A stretch of 12,715 bases of DNA, taken from contig JBGSTX010000054.1 in NCBI GenBank assembly GCA_041736305.1, positions 1-12,715 of the forward strand, written 5' to 3'. The notes beneath the pieces were generated by a model. That model saw only the letters and a program-made list of their open reading frames with translations, was not told where the DNA came from and did not search any database. Shown piece by piece: positions 8,089 through 12,715 of the stretch. The position numbers and the translations under genes are program-made. How positions within the stretch are numbered: the first letter of the stretch is position 1; each line of letters begins with the position of its first letter. The DNA comes from Oligoflexus sp. (GTDB lineage Bacteria; Bdellovibrionota_B; Oligoflexia; Oligoflexales; Oligoflexaceae).

Positions 8089-8147
8089 GTGATATGCAAA
8101 TTGGAAAGCGGCTGAGTGATATGCTACTTGAGAGCGAGTGTTATCAC
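8089..8147. promoter_or_regulatory. Repeated GTGATA(TGC) boxes, candidate regulator/enhancer sites
   Basis: GTGATATGC at 8089-8097 and 8116-8124 (direct repeat) plus inverted TTATCAC at 8141-8147. Confidence 0.4.
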
Positions 8148-8305
8148 GCACTTCTGTGTCATATTTTAGGCGTTTGATTTTTCGGTAGGATTACTACAAA
8201 CGAAGTATGATCTTGATGAGGGTCTAAGAAGATTTGTCCTTGATAACTCTCGACGATGGTCCGGGCGATGCTCAGACCAAGGCCGGTACCCCTTCTAGGA
8301 AGGAA

Positions 8306-8328
8306 GCGGAACTCAGCGAGAGTTCCGC
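8306..8328 (-). terminator. Terminator-like hairpin downstream of the cupredoxin gene
   Basis: Perfect 9-bp stem GCGGAACTC-AGCGA-GAGTTCCGC, about 40 nt after the stop. It is followed on the - strand by TTCCTTCCT and can be extended by CCTTCTA (8291-8297) / TAGAAGG (8330-8336). Confidence 0.55.
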
Positions 8329-8367
8329 ATAGAAGGCAAGAGCAAAATGCGGCGCAGGAACCTTGAA

Positions 8368-8745
8368 TTAGTTCTGAACCTTGATTGCTGCACCCATGCG
8401 GCCGTGGCGGGTGCAGGAGTAGAAGAGGTCCTTAGGAGTGTTCGCCGTTACTGTCAAAACAACTTCTTTTTTGCTGCTATTATTGACGGCACCGCTGAAA
8501 ACAGCGCGGCTGTCGGCTCTCTCGGTGATGTAAAAAGGATGTGCGTTTACCGACGCGTCACTCAAGTCAAAAACCAAAGTATCACCAACTTCGACATTGA
8601 TCTCAGGAGTTTGATCGCCGTTGAGGAAGTACTTCAAGCCTTGGGCTGTGACTTTGAAAGAAAAGGTATCTGCGAAAGCAGAAGCACTGGCGAAGGTGAA
8701 GCTGAGAGCAGTAGCTAGTTTGAGGAAGCTTTGACGGGTGAACAT
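8368..8745 (-). CDS. Secreted cupredoxin-domain (type-1 copper) protein, 125 aa
   Basis: ATG 8745 has an AAGGAG RBS, and the signal peptide ends AFA/D. It contains VEVGDTLVF, HPFYI and LFYSCTRHGRMG, giving a His...Cys-x2-His-x2-Met ligand set. Confidence 0.85.
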   Translation of the reverse strand: MFTRQSFLKLATALSFTFASASAFADTFSFKVTAQGLKYFLNGDQTPEINVEVGDTLVFDLSDASVNAHPFYITERADSRAVFSGAVNNSSKKEVVLTVTANTPKDLFYSCTRHGRMGAAIKVQN

Positions 8746-8880
8746 GAGTTTCTCCTTAGTGTTAACTGAGGAGGCCTTACTAACCCATGTGCAACCCTTT
8801 GTCTGCATGAAAATTGTCTGCTATCTTCCTGCGCAAAACTCTTTTACCAGCCCTAAAAAGACATTATGGCTTATAAGAGT

Positions 8881-9165
8881 GGCCACCGGTTTAGGAACCT
8901 TTTCGCTGGAGAGCTTAACCTTATCAGGGGCGATGATTTCGGCGCGGGCCGGAACAAACTTGCGATCTTCACCCGCAATAGCAAAGCCTTTGAGTACCGT
9001 TTGCCCTTTGGCAAGAGTAAGTCCATTGCCGACATGGCTCCACTGCACGATAGCTGCAGATTCTTGAATGGCGAGCTTCAGGAATCTTGGCGCCAGCTGA
9101 CTAAGCAGACTTCTGCCAGCATCTTTGCCCAGAATCCGACGAGCGATTGCTAGTGGCCGCTTCTT
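8881..9165 (-). pseudogene. Remnant resembling the C-terminal part of a sialate O-acetylesterase-family gene
   Basis: The translation LAIARRILGK...PRFLKLAIQESAAIVQWSHVGNGL..KG..LKGFAIAGEDRKFVPARAEI..DKVKLSSEKVPKPVA resembles, from recall, that family's C-terminal domain (GF.IAG.D.KF.PA.A.I...V.VSS..V..PVAVRYAW). There is no credible start or catalytic domain, and it breaks off at PVA. Confidence 0.6.
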
Positions 9166-9211
9166 TAAGATAGAGAGTATGACGCGAACAACTTCTCTGA
9201 GGAGCAAAATC

Positions 9212-10147
9212 ATGGCTGCTATTGTCACCGTCACTCTCAATCCATCCGTTGACCGGTCTGCGTCTGTCAAATATATCACTCCCGATGACAAACTACCCTG
9301 TACAGACGGACGAATAGATCCTGGCGGCGGGGGGCTGAACATTTGTCGTGGGCTAAAGACTCTGGGGGGATCAGGCGAAGCCATTTATACGAGTGGCGGA
9401 CCAGTAGGTCAAATGCTCAGCAGCTTGCTTGATCAGCTGGATATCCCCCATCGACCGCAACTTATCCAGGAGTGGACGCGAGAAAATTTCGTCATTTTGG
9501 AAGAGGTCAGCGGTAAGGAGTATCGCTTCAATCTGCCTGGCCCGACCCTTAAACCTGCTGAGTGGCAGAGCATCCTGGACCTTGTCAGGAGCATGCAGCC
9601 GAGCCCTTCGTTCATTGTGGGATCAGGCAGTCTAGCGGCAGGTGTGCCGACCGATTTTTTTCGCCAACTTGGTCTCATCGCTGCTGAGCGCGGCAGTCAC
9701 TATATTCTCGATACATCGGGAGAGGCCTTAGTTGAGGCTTTAAAAAGCCCGCTCTATCTCATCAAACCTAACCTGCGGGAGCTGCGAAATCTAAGCGGCA
9801 AACCACTGGAGCATGCGGAGGAGCAGGAAGCTGCTGCTGCTTCTCTCGTAGCCGATGGATCTTGCAAGTTCGTCGTCCTTTCACTCGGAGCCGCTGGGGC
9901 TCTGCTCGTCGGCAAAGATCTCAAGCAGCATTTTCGTTCGCCCACCGTGCCTCTCAGGAGCACCGTGGGCGCCGGAGATAGTATGGTGGCAGGCATCTTG
10001 CTGCGACTGCAGCAGGGCACTTCCATCACTGAAGCAGTAGCCTACGGTGTTGCCTGCGGTGCTGCGGCGGTTGCGACGCCAGGCACTGGCTTTGGTAGCA
10101 AAGACTTTGTTGAGCGCTTGTATGAGCAAGTGCGACAAGGCCTTTGA
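9212..10147 (+). CDS. pfkB: 1-phosphofructokinase-family hexose kinase (PfkB / 6-phosphofructokinase II-like)
   Basis: Motifs IVTVTLNPSVD, DPGGGGLNI, TRENF, GSGSL, DTSGEAL, LIKPNLREL, SLGAAGA and STVGAGDSMVAG. ATG 9212 has a GAGGAG RBS. Confidence 0.93.
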   Translation: MAAIVTVTLNPSVDRSASVKYITPDDKLPCTDGRIDPGGGGLNICRGLKTLGGSGEAIYTSGGPVGQMLSSLLDQLDIPHRPQLIQEWTRENFVILEEVSGKEYRFNLPGPTLKPAEWQSILDLVRSMQPSPSFIVGSGSLAAGVPTDFFRQLGLIAAERGSHYILDTSGEALVEALKSPLYLIKPNLRELRNLSGKPLEHAEEQEAAAASLVADGSCKFVVLSLGAAGALLVGKDLKQHFRSPTVPLRSTVGAGDSMVAGILLRLQQGTSITEAVAYGVACGAAAVATPGTGFGSKDFVERLYEQVRQGL

Positions 10148-10240
10148 GCCGCTTGCAGGGCACCTAGGAATTCCAAACGCCAGCTCCGGACGGCCGGACG
10201 AATACAAAGCTATGTACAGTGGCTTGATCGCTAAGCTCCG

Positions 10241-11419
10241 TCAGTTGCTCGCCAAGCTTCTCAGTATCAGGAACTTCTCTGGATCGATGATCTGATACTT
10301 CACTCCCTTCTGATATTCTTCAAGAGCCTTGAGACATTCTTTGGCATCGCGCGTTTGGCTGTGGATGCGAATGCAGGCTTCGTAGTAAGTCTCCGGATGC
10401 ATCCACACGAAGAGGTCATTCAGGTACTCACTGGCTCTACCACTCAGAAGGTAGGCCTTCGCCTTCACCTTTAGGCTAGTCTGGCTCATATTTATTTCGT
10501 TAAGAAGATTCATCGCACGCATCAGGTCTACGATGCCAAAGCCCACCCCTTTTAAAGCCAACGATCGCCCGCTATCCAGCAAGGTCTCGGCCTTAAGCAG
10601 CAGCTCTTCCGAGCTTCTCTGCTGTTTGAGAGGCTCTAAGCTCCACTGCTTAGCCGAATTACGCCAGGTCTGCAGCAATTCCATTTGCCGTGGAAGGTAG
10701 GGTCCCTTTTCGAGGCGCGCACTGATCATCTCCAAAGTCATCGCAGCATCGTTACGAATCCGAATGGTAATGGCGAGTAGATTGCTCATGGCCTTGAGCC
10801 ACAGATCTGCTTCGGCGATTTGGAGTTCCTTATCAGCCAGAAAATGCTCGTAGGCAAGCATCGCCTGCTCGTGCTGCCGCGTGGCTCCGAAGTATTCGGC
10901 CTTTTCCATATCACTCAGGTGAGCGATGGGTTGAGGAAACGAGAGGGGAGCTGATTGCTTGATCGAAGAACTTGCGTGACAAGCTATGCAGTACTGGGTC
11001 GTTTGTCGCAAAAGGAAATAAGCATAGTCAAAGCGCCGACCTTCATAAGCTGTCTCGATGCGTGCAAACTGCTGGGGCAGGTCGAGCGACAATGACTTCA
11101 TTACAGGGTCGACTTCATAGTTAGCGAGAGAAGCCTGCACATTGTGCGACAGTCCCTTGAGAATTTTCAGCGTAGCTAGGACCTTGACTTTTTTTTCAGG
11201 GCTCGGATTCTCTTCAAATCCTCGCATGTTTTGTAAGAGTATTCCTACATTCTCAGAATATTTCTGCATCGTCGGCCGCACCGACTGGGATTGATCAGTC
11301 TGAGCTTTTTGGCTTGGAATTAATTCCTTAGATGGATCTTTTTTCGCCGGAAGTGCCTCGAGCCTCCATACAAGGCCTATACTTAAAAGCACACTAAGCC
11401 CGTAGCTTATTTCACGCAT
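10241..11419 (-). CDS. Exported protein with single CxxCH heme-c motif and helical-repeat (TPR-like) C-terminus
   Basis: 392-aa ORF with a purine-rich RBS (AGGGGGATAGG), a signal-peptide-like N-terminus (LEA/L) and CIACH at 10976-10990. The downstream region shows A/L/Y-rich helical patterns. Confidence 0.8.
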   Translation of the reverse strand: MREISYGLSVLLSIGLVWRLEALPAKKDPSKELIPSQKAQTDQSQSVRPTMQKYSENVGILLQNMRGFEENPSPEKKVKVLATLKILKGLSHNVQASLANYEVDPVMKSLSLDLPQQFARIETAYEGRRFDYAYFLLRQTTQYCIACHASSSIKQSAPLSFPQPIAHLSDMEKAEYFGATRQHEQAMLAYEHFLADKELQIAEADLWLKAMSNLLAITIRIRNDAAMTLEMISARLEKGPYLPRQMELLQTWRNSAKQWSLEPLKQQRSSEELLLKAETLLDSGRSLALKGVGFGIVDLMRAMNLLNEINMSQTSLKVKAKAYLLSGRASEYLNDLFVWMHPETYYEACIRIHSQTRDAKECLKALEEYQKGVKYQIIDPEKFLILRSLASN

Positions 11420-11454
11420 CCTATCCCCCTCAACATCCGAAGAGACCGCCTTGC

Positions 11455-11868
11455 TTACTTTTTGAGACGGTTTTGAAAGACGCTAGCCAGAGCCATCAGC
11501 GCATCCGTATCCGTGAATATTCCGACTAAAGTTCCGTTTTCCTGAACGACAAGGGCCGAACCAATTCGGTGTTCAGCCATGTGTGAGGCCACTTCATCTA
11601 GCGGGGCTTCAGGCGTCACACAATAGGGATGACGCGTCATAGCATTTTCCACTTGGGATGTGTCGAGATTAACCGAAGCAAAAGAAGCCAGGAGATTGAT
11701 ATCCTGCAAGGAGAGCAGACCTACCGTCTTAGAGGCAGACTGTACTGGGAGATGCCGGATATTATGTGCCTTCATCAAAGCCGAAGCCTGCGCGAGGCTC
11801 TGCTTACTGTCTATAATGTAAGGCATTGCAGTCATGTATTTGGAAACCGTTGGTAGGCCCTTGCTCAT
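11455..11868 (-). CDS. Stand-alone CBS-pair (Bateman) domain protein
   Basis: Motifs VSKYMT, MKAHNIRHLPV...VGLLSLQDI, VENAMTRHP and MAEHRIGSALVV...LVGIFTDTD. AAGGAG RBS. Confidence 0.93.
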   Translation of the reverse strand: MSKGLPTVSKYMTAMPYIIDSKQSLAQASALMKAHNIRHLPVQSASKTVGLLSLQDINLLASFASVNLDTSQVENAMTRHPYCVTPEAPLDEVASHMAEHRIGSALVVQENGTLVGIFTDTDALMALASVFQNRLKK

Positions 11869-11907
11869 CAGAAATCTCCTTGAATGTAAGTGACACTCAA
11901 AAGCTAT

Positions 11908-11923
11908 AGCAAAGCCTGTACCA
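11908..11923 (-). promoter_or_regulatory. Putative sigma-54 promoter of the CBS gene
   Basis: The reverse complement is TGGTACAGGCTTTGCT (GG-N10-GC, TGGyAC-N5-TTGCT). The predicted +1 near 11897 is about 30 nt before the ATG. Confidence 0.65.
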
Positions 11924-12456
11924 TTCCCAATAGTCCGGTCAGGGGCGGGACCTGGCTGCGACTAGGATCGACAATAGCGGGATATGCCCAGCAGATAGTG
12001 GCAAATCACTCAAATTGCTTGCAAGCAGCGAGAGTTGGACAATCCCATACAGATTTAAAAAAGCTACGCGAAGGCCGCTGTGCTTCGCCAGCGACAGCAA
12101 AGGAATGGGTGGGCAGGGTTGAATAGCTTGTGGCTGCAGCTGAAGCGACCACACGGGCGGATGAATTTTAAGAAAGCTTAAGGTACGCGGACAAAAGATA
12201 ATTTGATTTGCGATCTGTGCCGGTTTCGGCAACAGTGGAGCTAGCTACCTCTTTACCAACATTCACTTCACCGTTAAAAATGTAGATACGAAAACGATCA
12301 TCTCGCACTTGATAGTTTTCCACCCCCAATTCCCCGTAAAAGAATCTCATACAAAATAACAATAGGTGTGATATCATTCTATTAGAATAAACTTCATCAG
12401 ACATCATTTCCAAAGCAATTTTTAATGAAATTTTTGCTATGAAAAGGCGACAGTTA

Positions 12457-12715
12457 ATGATTCGAGTCGAAAAGATTGCTTTCACGATACTCTTCGTTCA
12501 ACTCTTAGCCAGTTGCCGGTCGACAGAAAGTAGCGGAAAGTTAAAAAATGCGATCGAAACGCCGCGCGCGCCCAATGCGGGCCTAGGTTATAGTTTTCTT
12601 GTCAATGGCGACTACATTGGCTGTGGAATCCCAGTAAACGTGATGAAGCGTGCAATTGCCACGAAATCATTGGTACCTGATCAAGTTATGCAGTCGTTCT
12701 TTCCCATTGCCGCCT
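12457..12715 (+). CDS. Lipoprotein, 5' part only (runs off window); possibly a c-type cytochrome
   Basis: Open frame MIRVEKIAFTILFVQLLASCRSTESS...GYSFLVNGDYIGCGIP... with lipobox LASC and no stop before the window end. An alternative in-frame ATG lies at 12439. Confidence 0.75.
   Translation, partial: MIRVEKIAFTILFVQLLASCRSTESSGKLKNAIETPRAPNAGLGYSFLVNGDYIGCGIPVNVMKRAIATKSLVPDQVMQSFFPIAA

Noticed and set aside
8240-8253. FNR-like TTGAT-AACT-CTCGA
   Set aside because: The second half-site matches only 3 of 5 bases, too weak to call.
9125-9211. Upstream extension of pfkB
   Set aside because: The family N-terminus and the GAGGAG RBS point to ATG 9212.
8821-9384. 187-aa - strand ORF as an intact gene
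   Set aside because: Its 5' part is antisense to pfkB. Only the distal part looks protein-like, and that part is treated as a remnant.
11890-12170. 6S RNA or c-di-GMP-I riboswitch (GGCAAA/GCAAAGC words)
   Set aside because: The motif order and the conserved stems do not fit. GCAAAGC is explained by the sigma-54 promoter on the other strand.
12168-12485. 105-aa - strand ORF
   Set aside because: AT-rich, with no motif, and it overlaps the start of the + strand lipoprotein. Likely promoter DNA, though a short peptide cannot be excluded.
1-12715. CRISPR array, tRNA/rRNA, transposase or integrase
   Set aside because: No regularly spaced repeats, RNA gene signatures or mobile-element ORFs were seen.

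Overview
Bacterial genomic window centred on a low-oxygen respiration locus. The gene layout and protein style suggest Oligoflexia/Bdellovibrionota, but that is inference only. The minus strand carries a mostly translationally coupled cbb3-type cytochrome c oxidase operon: ccoI-ccoS-ccoNO(fused)-ccoQ-ccoP-ccoG. ccoS and ccoQ are missing from the ORF track, and no ccoH is visible. A DsbD_2/TauE-like maturation gene (+) abuts or overlaps ccoI head-to-head. Further right are a secreted cupredoxin (-), a probable sialate O-acetylesterase gene remnant (-), a PfkB-family hexose kinase (+), a secreted monoheme cytochrome c/helical-repeat protein (-), a stand-alone CBS protein (-), and the 5' end of a lipoprotein gene (+). 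The most notable signal is a consensus sigma-54 promoter (TGGCACG-N4-TTGCT) buried antisense inside the DsbD_2 gene and pointing at the cco operon. Repeated GTGATATGC boxes lie upstream of it, and a second sigma-54 promoter precedes the CBS gene. Together these suggest a sigma-54/enhancer-driven, excludon-like hypoxia regulon rather than FNR control. The CcoI ATPase also carries several substituted catalytic motifs.
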